Of a stretch of DNA of 64,000 bases, positions 1 through 9,894 are shown in pieces. A program made the position numbers and the translations under genes. This stretch comes from a virus. The notes beneath the pieces are model-generated. The model was given only the letters and a program-made list of their open reading frames with translations, was not told where the DNA came from and did no database searches. The stretch covers positions 22,785 to 86,784 of the IMG/VR virus record IMGVR_UViG_3300028394_000059. One strand, 5' to 3'. Numbering within the stretch: position 1 is the stretch's first letter; each line of letters opens with the position of its first letter.

Positions 1-677
1 TGCCAAGTGAAAAAACCTATCTCGGTAAAATAGTTGATATACAAGATCCACTTTACCAAGGGAGAGCAAAAATTAATGTTTACGGTATATTTGATGATGT
101 TCCGGTCGAGGACCTCCCTTGGGCCGAGCAGATTGCTGGTATGTCATTCGGTGGAAATTTTGGTGGCGGTAATATATCCATACCTAGATTGGGTTCTGTT
201 GTGGCCGTTAATTTCGAGGAGAATAATTACTATAAGCTACGGTACCATTATATAAAGGAAATGTCTAGGGACCTTAATGAGGAGCTAAAGACAGAGAATT
301 CCTATGAGGGAACGCATGCAATAGTATATGACGGAGAAGCTCTGCCAGGGGTGCTTAAAATGATATATACGAAAAGTAAGGGTCTCGTGCTGTCGCTTGG
401 AAATGCATCTGTTCAGCTGGACACACAAAACGGTGGGGAATTAAGGGTTGTGGTTAAGATGGGAAATGACGAAATACGAATGGAGCAAAGTAAAGTAATA
501 GTTAAGTGTCAAAACATAGAGCTTGGTGAGGGTGCTATAGAAAAATTAGTTAAAGGTAGCACATTCCTCACATATTTCAATTCGCATACGCATCCGACAG
601 GGGTAGGTCCATCCGGGACACCAATAGTGCCAATGGTTGATGCAACCCACCTAAGTCAGGTATCAAAAACTAAATAA
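1..677 (+). CDS. Baseplate hub/central spike protein (gp5/gpV-like); the start codon is probably cut by the window edge
   Basis: The frame is open from base 3 (PSEKTYLGKIVDIQDPLYQGRAKINVYGIFDDVPVEDLPWA, the gp5 OB-fold DP..GR..V.G...LPWA motif), and the window starts with 'tg' of a likely ATG. The C-terminal HTHPTGVGPSGTP is a spike-apex HxH motif. Confidence 0.85.
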   Translation, partial: PSEKTYLGKIVDIQDPLYQGRAKINVYGIFDDVPVEDLPWAEQIAGMSFGGNFGGGNISIPRLGSVVAVNFEENNYYKLRYHYIKEMSRDLNEELKTENSYEGTHAIVYDGEALPGVLKMIYTKSKGLVLSLGNASVQLDTQNGGELRVVVKMGNDEIRMEQSKVIVKCQNIELGEGAIEKLVKGSTFLTYFNSHTHPTGVGPSGTPIVPMVDATHLSQVSKTK

Positions 678-679
678 AA

Positions 680-2485
680 ATGGCAGCAGACTGGAAAACT
701 TTTATAAGTAAAGTTAGCGATAAACTGACTTCACAGTCGATCCAATCATACGAGGAAATGGCAGACTTCCTTAGAAATGAATACATTTCTGCGACCGTTG
801 GTAAAGCAGCATCACCATATGGACAAACCCACGTAAAGGGGCAGGATGCCATTATGTTTGATGCATTTAAAAAGGGATTTAAACTACTTTATGAGGGTGG
901 GGATCTAACATTTGAGGAGAAAAAAACTAATCCTGCATACGCTGATTTGGTTGTGGAACCACCTACTATTGATGTATCTGGTGCTGCCGACCAGGTTGAC
1001 ATAGATTTTAGAGAATGGACAGAAGAGAACGAATCAACAATACCGGATTTTACATATTCCCAGTTTTTTTCCCAGTACCCTAATTTTCCAGCAAATAGAA
1101 CCCAAGCAGTTCTTGAAATAGCTAGAAAAATACTACACCAATTCGATGGGACAAGCTCATATTTGCAATGGATGTATACATTAAGAACTGGTGCATACAG
1201 TGATTGGGGAAACCTAATAATGGACCAAGTGGTAAAATTTATCAAATCAGAGGTTGATGCACCTTTGAAAGTTGGTGATGTTGTTAGAGGATATGCAAAA
1301 TACAGGAACACTGATAGTGTATATTTCATTACCTCCCGGAATGGTGATATTAATGCAAATTCATATACCACAACTGAACCTACCAACTATTGGCAGGGAT
1401 CTAATAACTTTACCACTAAGGGGTTGGCTGAAGCATTTAATATAATTAAGGGTGACTTTAATATTGATAGCAGGGATCTTACTAGTTCTGCAATTCAACT
1501 AAGCAAGGAAAATCCACCTTTTGAAAAAAGTGATATTGTGGACGGTAGAATAGTATCAACTTCTTCCGGAAAAATAAGGGTCTCATATTTTAGTAAACGC
1601 TATAACAGAAACTTTATTAAGGAGTTAATTCCTGGAACGGCAAGCAAAAAATTAGATGTGAAGGAAATTGCTGCAAATTTACCTTCCGTTTTATTAAGCG
1701 ATAAAGTGTTACAAGAACAGGATCTTATGAATCCTGATAAAATACCAGATTATTTGACTGCTAGATTTATAACTACATTCACATACTCCCCTAGATATGA
1801 TACCAAATATCTGAGAGCTGTGTTAAATACAAGAGCAAATGATCTTGGTCAGCAAGTAATAAAATCAATAGAAGATGAATTTGACGATTCCTACCAGTAT
1901 GCTGATGAGATAGTTGGTCTATTTTCTGGTAATTCGAAAAGAAGCGGATTTTTTAGGAGAAATATAGGTTATTTTACTGGAACAGGAGGTTTTGATTTCA
2001 ATAGGATAAGATCCCGTAGAGACCAGAATAAAGAAATTGAATATAAGGCGGAGGAGAATAGGTTCAGGGAACTTAAGATCCGTTGGATAAATGAATTAGC
2101 TGATGCTGCTAAAAAAAATGAGGATCCCGATAAACCCGAAGATGGCTATTTTGTGATGGCTAAGGGTGTTATTGATTATTGGAAATCCTGCAGTGTGCAA
2201 CCACTAAGTAATGCACCTGCTGCACCACCCGCAATAATTCCTACCCCTGGTATATACATTAAGATATATTTAGGCAGTCAATCAATGTTGGGAAGCAATA
2301 TCAAAAGAGCATTCAATACGGGAAAAAGAATACCAGAAAAACAGATTGCAGCCAAGATGGTTGCGTCCGCATTGGCATATTCTTTTTCAATGCATCTATT
2401 GGAACTTAAGTTTATTTACTCGGGTGCTATACCTGCTTCACCTGGAACTGCACCTATGATAGGATTCATTCCCCTGGTCTATTAA
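680..2485 (+). CDS. Hypothetical virion/baseplate-associated protein (601 aa)
   Basis: Long ORF starting 2 nt after the spike gene; function inferred from context only. Confidence 0.55.
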   Translation: MAADWKTFISKVSDKLTSQSIQSYEEMADFLRNEYISATVGKAASPYGQTHVKGQDAIMFDAFKKGFKLLYEGGDLTFEEKKTNPAYADLVVEPPTIDVSGAADQVDIDFREWTEENESTIPDFTYSQFFSQYPNFPANRTQAVLEIARKILHQFDGTSSYLQWMYTLRTGAYSDWGNLIMDQVVKFIKSEVDAPLKVGDVVRGYAKYRNTDSVYFITSRNGDINANSYTTTEPTNYWQGSNNFTTKGLAEAFNIIKGDFNIDSRDLTSSAIQLSKENPPFEKSDIVDGRIVSTSSGKIRVSYFSKRYNRNFIKELIPGTASKKLDVKEIAANLPSVLLSDKVLQEQDLMNPDKIPDYLTARFITTFTYSPRYDTKYLRAVLNTRANDLGQQVIKSIEDEFDDSYQYADEIVGLFSGNSKRSGFFRRNIGYFTGTGGFDFNRIRSRRDQNKEIEYKAEENRFRELKIRWINELADAAKKNEDPDKPEDGYFVMAKGVIDYWKSCSVQPLSNAPAAPPAIIPTPGIYIKIYLGSQSMLGSNIKRAFNTGKRIPEKQIAAKMVASALAYSFSMHLLELKFIYSGAIPASPGTAPMIGFIPLVY

Positions 2486-2505
2486 CAAAAAACCGGAGTA
2501 ACAAA

Positions 2506-2534
2506 GGAACTTACGTTGTGATATATAGTACAAT
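2506..2534 (+). promoter_or_regulatory. Putative G(G/A)AAC-N18-TAYAA promoter overlapping a GATATATA late element (2520-2527)
   Basis: GGAAC at 2506-2510, 18 nt spacer, TACAAT at 2529-2534. The same spacing recurs at 15401, 55453 and 59317. Confidence 0.55.
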
Positions 2535-2569
2535 AAATAATACTTTTAAACACCTTTAAACAAAAAAAT

Positions 2570-3730
2570 ATGGATTTTAATACTGATGAAAATTTCGACT
2601 GGGACGTTACTAATGGATTGGTTGTTAACTCTAAAATAAAAGCCCCTGGGGGTTCAAAGATCTACTCACATGAGTCATATGCTCAAGAATTAGCAGATCT
2701 TTATTTTAAAAGTTATACTGATCTTGATAACGGATCTAAGGATCTTGTTGATGGAGCGGTTTACCCTTGCACAATAATAACACTAAAAGAGGATGAAGCT
2801 TTAGCACAAACAACATCAGGACAAACAATTTATATTGATCTTAAGAGAGAAAGAAGAGATGCTGAAAAACTAAGTTTACAAGGATTAACATTTAACCCTG
2901 GAGAAGAAGTCAACGCTAGAGTTAGAAAAGTTAACGGAAGCTATAATGGATCTGTTATTGACTATTATATACATAGCTTAAGAGCTGAGTTATTCGAGCA
3001 GATCAAGAAGGAAAGTAGCGCATATAGAATCAAAATTCTTAGCGTCAATAAAGGAGGCTATATTGCTGAACTATCAGGAATCAAATGTTTCCTACCTGGA
3101 TCACTTGCTGCTGCGAACAAAATTACTGATTTTGAATCATACATCGGCAAAGAAATGCACGTAATGATAGACGGATATGTTGAAGCGAAAGACATATTCA
3201 TCGTATCGTATAAGAAATACTTAAATAAGATCATGGATTCCAAAATTCAAGAACTTGATCTTACTAAGAAATATAAGGGTTATGTTACTGGAACTAGCGG
3301 ATTTGGTGTTTTTGTTGAATGGGACAGTGTTTATACTGGACTTATCCATAAAACTGAATTCTCTGATGACAACTCATTATCACTACTTAGCTCAGGATCC
3401 GAAATTGAATTCTATGTTAAGGAGATAAAAGATAATAATAGACTTACACTTACTTTAGATAAACCGTTGGAGAGAAACGTTATTATACAAGATTTAGAAA
3501 ATCACGTAAAAGACGGAACAGGTGAGCCATTAGAAGCTAAGGTTAAGCATAGAAGAAAAAATGGAGCTCTTGTTGAGATCGTACAATACGGACTTATGGC
3601 TTTAATACCTCAGGACAGATTGGGTAAGAAAGGTGCTAATATTAAAACTGGAGATGACGTAACCGTTACTCCCTACGAGGTTGATACGATCACCGGAAAA
3701 ATATATGTCGAACTAATAAATGTCGGATAG
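2570..3730 (+). CDS. rpsA: Ribosomal protein S1-like protein (multiple S1/OB repeats)
   Basis: S1 repeat signatures NKGGYIAELSGIKCFLPGSL, GYVTGTSGFGVFVE..GLIHKTE and GALVEIVQYGLMALIP. Confidence 0.85.
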   Translation: MDFNTDENFDWDVTNGLVVNSKIKAPGGSKIYSHESYAQELADLYFKSYTDLDNGSKDLVDGAVYPCTIITLKEDEALAQTTSGQTIYIDLKRERRDAEKLSLQGLTFNPGEEVNARVRKVNGSYNGSVIDYYIHSLRAELFEQIKKESSAYRIKILSVNKGGYIAELSGIKCFLPGSLAAANKITDFESYIGKEMHVMIDGYVEAKDIFIVSYKKYLNKIMDSKIQELDLTKKYKGYVTGTSGFGVFVEWDSVYTGLIHKTEFSDDNSLSLLSSGSEIEFYVKEIKDNNRLTLTLDKPLERNVIIQDLENHVKDGTGEPLEAKVKHRRKNGALVEIVQYGLMALIPQDRLGKKGANIKTGDDVTVTPYEVDTITGKIYVELINVG

Positions 3731-5126
3731 CAGAACACATTTTGATAAGATACATGCACTTGATTCATCTGTAATAGGATTCGAATTCGAATTCTATACG
3801 AATCTTTTGAAGGGGCAAGCTGCTGATTCATTATCCAAGCTTATCAAGAAAAAAGTTGTGGTTTCTGAAAAGTATCATTCATTAATACCGGTAGACGCAG
3901 ATAATTTTAAGCTTGAACCTGATTACTCGGGAGGTAGTAAAATGATGGAACTTATTACTGGGCCACTTCCCTATAATGAGGCAATGCCAATACTTATAAA
4001 AATATTAAATTGGATTAACGAGAATGGCTGGACCTCAGACAGATGCGCTTTCCAATTTTCTGTGAGCTACGCTAAAAATAGAAGAGACATAAAGGATAAG
4101 ATTGAAAATCTCGATAAGCTTAAGTTTACATTAGGTCTGGATGAGGGATTTATATATTCCAGATTTGGGAGCAGGGAAAAAAACGTCTATGCGAAATCTA
4201 TAAAGAAAGTAATTCCTAGAAATAGATTTTCAATTCTTGAAAATATACAAAGTATAGATCCTAAAATGTACAGAGTACCTGAGGACAAATACTATGGGGT
4301 TAACTTCACAAAGATGCCTAAGGGATATATCGAATTTAGATATTTGGGTAATAGAGATTATCAGAAGAAAACTAAGGAAATCAGAGAGGTAATAGATTAT
4401 ATAATTCTATACCTTTACGATTTACTAAGCCATAGAATAATGGGCTATAGCAAAGATGATTTAGCCACTCTTCAGGGAATGATGAATAAATACTCTAAGG
4501 TTGTTAGATCATTCAGCAATCCTGATTTTTTCTTTAGAAATTATCCGGATTTCCACGTCTTTGTCGACCTTAAAGGGTGGGACGAGAATATTAAAACATA
4601 TTTCCCGATGATAAGAGATAAAATATTTGATCTTATTATAGAGGGAAATATAACTGCATGCTATTTTAATTATGATACCACTACTGGAAGATCACAAGTA
4701 AAGGAGGCAAGATGCAGAAATGCATTTGAAATTGTTGATATGGATCTTATATTTTGCGATATTAAAAATGCTAGTATAAAAAACTGTAACATCTATAATT
4801 GCGACATAAAGAAATCTGCAGTAGAGGATTCTTATATTTTTGCAGGCACAAAGGTTTCATTTTCTAAAATTAAGGCTACAATTGTTGATTATAGTAATGA
4901 TCTTAATGATTGCTTTATAGATTGTGAAGGAAAAAACATAAATTGTAAAATTACTGGTGGTGTTTTAAGAGCTGGACTTATTGGTGAAAATGCTGAGATT
5001 AGCAAAGAAACAATGCAGATAAAGAGTCGAGACGACCAAAGAATGCTTAGATTCGTTACAGATAAGAGACTAAAAGATCTTAATGATAGATTGAATAGTC
5101 CTAAATTTGGTAATATGAATTACTAA
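3720..5126 (+). CDS. Putative amidoligase (COOH-NH2 ligase type 2) with a C-terminal beta-helix-like repeat region
   Basis: GFEFEF...EPDYS...ELITGPL...KYYGVNF...IEFR pattern of amidoligase_2 proteins; I.N/D-C-rich repeats at the C-terminus. Overlaps the S1 gene by 11 nt. Confidence 0.7.
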   Translation: MSDSRTHFDKIHALDSSVIGFEFEFYTNLLKGQAADSLSKLIKKKVVVSEKYHSLIPVDADNFKLEPDYSGGSKMMELITGPLPYNEAMPILIKILNWINENGWTSDRCAFQFSVSYAKNRRDIKDKIENLDKLKFTLGLDEGFIYSRFGSREKNVYAKSIKKVIPRNRFSILENIQSIDPKMYRVPEDKYYGVNFTKMPKGYIEFRYLGNRDYQKKTKEIREVIDYIILYLYDLLSHRIMGYSKDDLATLQGMMNKYSKVVRSFSNPDFFFRNYPDFHVFVDLKGWDENIKTYFPMIRDKIFDLIIEGNITACYFNYDTTTGRSQVKEARCRNAFEIVDMDLIFCDIKNASIKNCNIYNCDIKKSAVEDSYIFAGTKVSFSKIKATIVDYSNDLNDCFIDCEGKNINCKITGGVLRAGLIGENAEISKETMQIKSRDDQRMLRFVTDKRLKDLNDRLNSPKFGNMNY

Positions 5127-5140
5127 AAAAATAAGAAGCA

Positions 5141-5923
5141 ATGACACAAGACGAATTAGTACAGGAAATAGCAGACGCACTTTCTTTTAGCTGTGCGTTA
5201 CCTTATAATCTTAATGCAGCAGAAACTGAAAGAATCATAAAAAGAGCTAAAGCATGGTTTTATGATAACTATCAGTATGCAGTGGAAGAGAGAGTTTTCG
5301 TTCTTGCGAATGATATTTTTCAGCATAAGGAGTTTAAAAGAACACGTCAAATAAAATTACCAGATTCCATAATAGGTGTTTTTGATGTAAGAGAACTTGG
5401 CGGGTATGGTATATCGGGTAATCCTGATAGGGACTTTGGTGATTCTAAACTTCTTGGATCTGAGCTTCTTCTCTCACCTTTTGTGGGTGATAACTTGGTT
5501 TATAGAACCGTTATGTACTCATATTTTGATTTGGCAAAAGCATATTTATTAAACACATTTGCATTCAAGTATAATAAGAATACGAAATTTTTAACAATAC
5601 TCGGAAGAGATCCTAATAGATCAGGTAAAGGACAGGGACAACTAGCTCAAGGTTTTGGTGTTGGCGGTACTGATGTATCTGTTAGATGCCACGTAGCAAT
5701 ACTTGATGAATATCTATATGACGATGAACTTTTCGTTAGATATTGCATTGCTAAATGTAAAATTGCGCTAGCTAACATGCTTAGTGTATTCACGTATAAT
5801 CTTCCTGGCGGCGTTCAGATAAACTCTTCAGACATAAGATCTACTGGTGAAGCTGAACTTCAGGAGGTGATGGATATGATCAATGGTGAGAACACGCCTT
5901 CCTATTTCCTCCAGTGGAATTAA
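5141..5923 (+). CDS. Neck/head-tail adaptor protein (T4 gp13-like)
   Basis: C-terminal NLPGGVQINSSDIRSTGEAEL resembles the gp13 LPGGV..NG..I...A..E motif. Confidence 0.75.
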   Translation: MTQDELVQEIADALSFSCALPYNLNAAETERIIKRAKAWFYDNYQYAVEERVFVLANDIFQHKEFKRTRQIKLPDSIIGVFDVRELGGYGISGNPDRDFGDSKLLGSELLLSPFVGDNLVYRTVMYSYFDLAKAYLLNTFAFKYNKNTKFLTILGRDPNRSGKGQGQLAQGFGVGGTDVSVRCHVAILDEYLYDDELFVRYCIAKCKIALANMLSVFTYNLPGGVQINSSDIRSTGEAELQEVMDMINGENTPSYFLQWN

Positions 5924-5942
5924 AAAATTAATAGATCTATTT

Positions 5943-5950
5943 GATATATA
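5943..5950 (+). promoter_or_regulatory. GATATATA putative late promoter
   Basis: Recurrent intergenic octamer, 29 nt before the ATG. Confidence 0.65.
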
Positions 5951-5971
5951 CATAAACAATTACTATATTTT

Positions 5972-7171
5972 ATGTGCATATTAGAAAAAATAAAATCATG
6001 GAGAGATAAAAAGGGCCAAGCATTTGGCTCCTATTTACACCAGATATCAAAAACCCAGGACGAACTGGACCAGTTAGAATCTCTAACACAATTTCTTTCA
6101 AATTTCTATGATAATATACCTTTCCAGCAGAGGTTTTATCATGTGTGGTTTAATTTCTATGATATGGAAAAATGCCCATATTGTAACACCCCGAGAAAAT
6201 TTTCAAAGGTTCCCAAATTTTCCATAGATCGTTACGGCGAGTCTGTAACAAATTCTGTTAATTATTATGGCACCTGTATGGCTATTGAATGTCAGAAAAG
6301 ATTTAATTTAGATAGAACACAAAGTGTTCTATTAGAAAAATATGGGACAAAAAATATTATGAAAATCCCAGGTGTTCTGAATAAAATAAAAGAAACTAAT
6401 AATGCTAAGTACGGTTCTGATTTTTTCATGGGAACTGAGGATTTTAAGAATCAGGTAAAAATAACATTTGATTCAAAATATAATGGGCATCCAACAAAAC
6501 TAAAAGAAACACAGGATAAGAAGAAAAAAACAAATCTGGAAAAATATGGTCACGAGCATTCGTTGGATAATGCTGATGTAAAGGAGAAGTCTAGAATTAC
6601 TAATAATTTAAAGTACGGTGGAAATTCCTCTATGTGCTCCGAGGAGACAAAGAAAAAATCCATCGAAACTAATAAAAGAAAGAGAGGCACTGACTGGTAC
6701 GTTCAAAGCGATGATTTTAAGAAAAAATTTAAAGAGACCATGCTTTTAAGATATGGTGTTGAACAGGTTATGCATTATACCCCATCCTTTGAAAAGTCTA
6801 TGGACACCTCATATAGAAAGAAAATATACGCATTCCCGTCGGGCAGGATTGAAAAAATACAGGGATATGAGGGATTTGCAATTAACAATCTTTTGGATTC
6901 GGGTTATCCGGAGGATGATATTATAATATCAAATAGAGAGATAGAAAAATATACTAAAGTTATATATTATAACGATACAACAGGAAAGAGAAGAAAATAT
7001 TATCCTGATGTTTATCTGAGGTCCAAAAACGTAATTATTGAGATCAAATCTAAATATACATATGAAACTAATATCGTTTTGAATAAATTAAAAAAACAGG
7101 CTTGTCTAGATTTGGACCTCGATTTTGAATTTTGGATTTATGATAAAAAAGGTAATAAAATAATAAAATAA
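5972..7171 (+). mobile_element. Free-standing putative homing endonuclease (TN..KYG repeats plus a C-terminal PD-(D/E)xK nuclease)
   Basis: CPYC...C..C zinc motif; about 7 repeats of ~26 aa (LLEKYG, TNNAKYG, TNLEKYG, TNNLKYG, TMLLRYG); YYPDVY...IIEIKS nuclease core. Inserted between neck and baseplate genes. Confidence 0.7.
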
Positions 7172-7209
7172 CATATAACATATCCCTTTTATCCCTCTCT
7201 ACACTTATG

Positions 7210-7217
7210 GATATATA
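7210..7217 (+). promoter_or_regulatory. GATATATA putative late promoter
   Basis: Octamer 25 nt before the gp25-like ATG. Confidence 0.65.
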
Positions 7218-7234
7218 AAAGGAATTAATTCCCC

Positions 7235-7606
7235 ATGAGAGAGATTTATAACAGAGACCCGGAGGATCCAAATTACAATCCTTATCAAATAGAGACCACA
7301 GATCCTACTGAGATCTGCGTGGGCCAACTTAAAATGATACTTCTTACCAATAAGGGTGAAGTTTTAGGTGATCCTAAATTTGGTTTAAATCTGGAGGATT
7401 TAATATTTAATCTTGAACTATCGGAATCCAGTATAAGAAAGGAGCTAGATCTTTTTCTGAAGATTTATTGTCCGCTATTTTCTACGCTCAATGGCACGTA
7501 TGATCTTAAATTTTATGTTGGTACACTAAGAGATATTGCTACATTGGATTTTAAAATACCGGAGGATGGAAAATTAAGTCCATTAGTATCATTAAGATTA
7601 ACATAA
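7235..7606 (+). CDS. Baseplate wedge subunit (gp25-like)
   Basis: ILLTNKGEVLGDPKFGLNL matches the gp25 L.T..GER...P.FG motif; size 123 aa. Confidence 0.8.
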   Translation: MREIYNRDPEDPNYNPYQIETTDPTEICVGQLKMILLTNKGEVLGDPKFGLNLEDLIFNLELSESSIRKELDLFLKIYCPLFSTLNGTYDLKFYVGTLRDIATLDFKIPEDGKLSPLVSLRLT

Positions 7607-7615
7607 GAAATTGAA

Positions 7616-9340
7616 ATGAATATATTTAAGAAGAATAACATCCTGATCAACGGATTGCTAAATGACACTTTTAACTTTTTGCAATCAACTTACAGTCAGA
7701 CAGCAAACGTTTTTACCGTTGCATCTGCTTGGGGACAAATACTATTTGTGCTCCAGAATTTATCGCAACTTATCCTGTATTTTATCGAGGATTCCATCAC
7801 CGAATTGAATATGCAGGAAGCCACTAGGGATTATTCAGTGCGAAGCTTAGCCAGAATCGCTGGATATGATCCTGGACGTGCGAGTGCAGCTCAGGGAGAA
7901 ATAACACTATCCTGGAATACAATACAGGGGGATGTTGGAGGTGGATCTGTTATTATAAAAAATAATTCACAAATTAGATGCCTTCAGAACGGTAAGATTT
8001 ATTCATTGAGATTTGGAAGTCCAGAAGTTACGATTCCGTTAGTAAGAGGTAATGAACTAAGAGCAAAGCTAGCTCAGGGAACCTTTGAAAATGCCGTGGT
8101 AACAGGTACCGGACAAGCTTTACAAAGTTTCAATCTTCCCTCCAGTGCTGGTGCATTCCAGGATCAATTTTATATTGATGTTTATGTTAATGAGGAAAAA
8201 TGGAAAAGATACGACTCAATATATGACATACCTCTAAATGGCAAGGGCTACCTTGTTAAAACCGGTATACAGGAAGGACTAGATGTTTATTTTGGTAATT
8301 CAAATTTCGGAAGGGTGCCTCAAAGGGGTGCAAGAATAAGAATCGAATATTTACAGACTAGTGGAATAAGTGGTAATGCAAATTCAACCAAGGACACTCC
8401 GTTAACATATAAATTTTCTAGTACAGGTACTGATTTATTTGGGGGTGAGATCGATCTTAATCTTTACATTGATATCAAGAATGAGATAGATCCATCATTT
8501 GGAACAAATCCGGAAACGACAAATCTGATAAGACTAGTCGCTCCAAAAACCAGTAGATCTTTTGTTTTTGCTAATGCCCAAAATTATGAGATATTCTTAG
8601 ATAAGCTTGGTATATTTTCACAGATACATGCGTTCTCAACATTTGATGATGACTATTTGGATGACGATAATGTGGTTTACCTATATTTAGTTCCTGATAT
8701 AACTCTGAACCTTTCCTCGAATGAGGATTATTTTAATGTTGCTACACAAAGTTTCCTTCTTACTGTGGATCAAAAAGCTAAAGTTATTAATCTAATAGAA
8801 GGAACAGGATCTATGATCGCAACTACGGTTATAAAGATTGTTCAACCAGTAATAACTAAATATGTTGCAAATGTTATACTTGGAATATTTGAAGGATCCG
8901 ATCCTGCAACAATCAAACAAGCAATCAGAAAGAACATCTCTGATTATATGATAGGCCTTAAAAGAAGAGACAAGATACCAAAGTCAGATTTTATTGCTAT
9001 TATAGAAGGTGTATCTGGTGTTGATACTGTATCGTTTTTCTTTGTCGGCCAAAAGAACGAGGAAAATCAGACAGCTATTAAGGGATTAACTAATGTTTCA
9101 CAACAACAACTGGATGAGGTTATAGGTATGGATCAATTCGGTGATATTATAATCGGAAGAAATGAATTGGTGTTGCTAAGGGGTGGATGGCAAGATAGAA
9201 ATGGCACACAGTACACAGAATCTATCATTGACGGTAAACCAGGACCACTTAATATAACTGTTGCTTCAATAGTTCCTAGAAATTACAGAAGTGATATGAG
9301 TGCGGGTCTTAAAGCACAAATTATAAGTCAGGGATCTTAA
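7616..9340 (+). CDS. Baseplate wedge protein (gp6/J-like)
   Basis: SVRSLARIAGY and YFGNSNFGRVP..GARIRIEYLQTSGISGN are gp6 motifs; follows gp25. Confidence 0.85.
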   Translation: MNIFKKNNILINGLLNDTFNFLQSTYSQTANVFTVASAWGQILFVLQNLSQLILYFIEDSITELNMQEATRDYSVRSLARIAGYDPGRASAAQGEITLSWNTIQGDVGGGSVIIKNNSQIRCLQNGKIYSLRFGSPEVTIPLVRGNELRAKLAQGTFENAVVTGTGQALQSFNLPSSAGAFQDQFYIDVYVNEEKWKRYDSIYDIPLNGKGYLVKTGIQEGLDVYFGNSNFGRVPQRGARIRIEYLQTSGISGNANSTKDTPLTYKFSSTGTDLFGGEIDLNLYIDIKNEIDPSFGTNPETTNLIRLVAPKTSRSFVFANAQNYEIFLDKLGIFSQIHAFSTFDDDYLDDDNVVYLYLVPDITLNLSSNEDYFNVATQSFLLTVDQKAKVINLIEGTGSMIATTVIKIVQPVITKYVANVILGIFEGSDPATIKQAIRKNISDYMIGLKRRDKIPKSDFIAIIEGVSGVDTVSFFFVGQKNEENQTAIKGLTNVSQQQLDEVIGMDQFGDIIIGRNELVLLRGGWQDRNGTQYTESIIDGKPGPLNITVASIVPRNYRSDMSAGLKAQIISQGS

Positions 9341-9357
9341 ACCTAATATAAAAAGAC

Positions 9358-9888
9358 ATGCAAAATTATTCACCATTTTTTGGTAACGAAGACGGATCAA
9401 TAAGTTATACTGTTAGTGGGATAAAACCAAAGACTACTAACACGACTTTCTATGATAGTAAGGACGTTTATCCGAATGCTGATTTAGCTTTATCCCGTGC
9501 TTATAATATTGGATGTTCTGGCTATAGAGCGGTAATTACTAATGCAAATGGACAATATAGCTTTTCCCCTTGTACAAATTCTGCTGATTATAAAAAAATA
9601 ATGAAAGAAATGTCGAAAGTATCAGTAGAAAGAAGATACTATGAATTCGATCCTAATCAGAACATATACGACATAAGGGATAATATAAATAATAATCTCT
9701 ATGAGGGATTTGATTATCAACATCAAATCATGAAGAGATCGCTATCCAATGTTATTTTTAGAGATCCAGTAAAAGAAGGAATTCTTAGTTATTTTGAGAG
9801 AGTAGTTTATGGATTAATAGAAACTACAAAGCAGATAAAGAATTTCTTTAACTATACGGTTAAGAAGAATAACAGAAGGGTTTTTTAA
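9358..9888 (+). CDS. Hypothetical baseplate-region protein with an A..RA..IGC.G....PC mini-domain
   Basis: ORF in the baseplate operon; LALSRAYNIGCSGYR...FSPC recalls DUF3721-type Cys motifs (from memory). Confidence 0.5.
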   Translation: MQNYSPFFGNEDGSISYTVSGIKPKTTNTTFYDSKDVYPNADLALSRAYNIGCSGYRAVITNANGQYSFSPCTNSADYKKIMKEMSKVSVERRYYEFDPNQNIYDIRDNINNNLYEGFDYQHQIMKRSLSNVIFRDPVKEGILSYFERVVYGLIETTKQIKNFFNYTVKKNNRRVF

Positions 9889-9894
9889 TTTAAG

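Noticed and set aside
34-255. 73-aa + strand ORF and the track's start at 141 for the spike gene
   Set aside because: The ORF is out of frame with the gp5-like gene, whose conserved OB-fold motif extends to the window start.
5972-7171. Eukaryotic giant-virus origin suggested by the endonuclease, Nei and MBD4-like genes
   Set aside because: The T4-like baseplate, gp32/primase/UvsW genes, bacterial terminators and operonic overlaps indicate a tailed bacteriophage.
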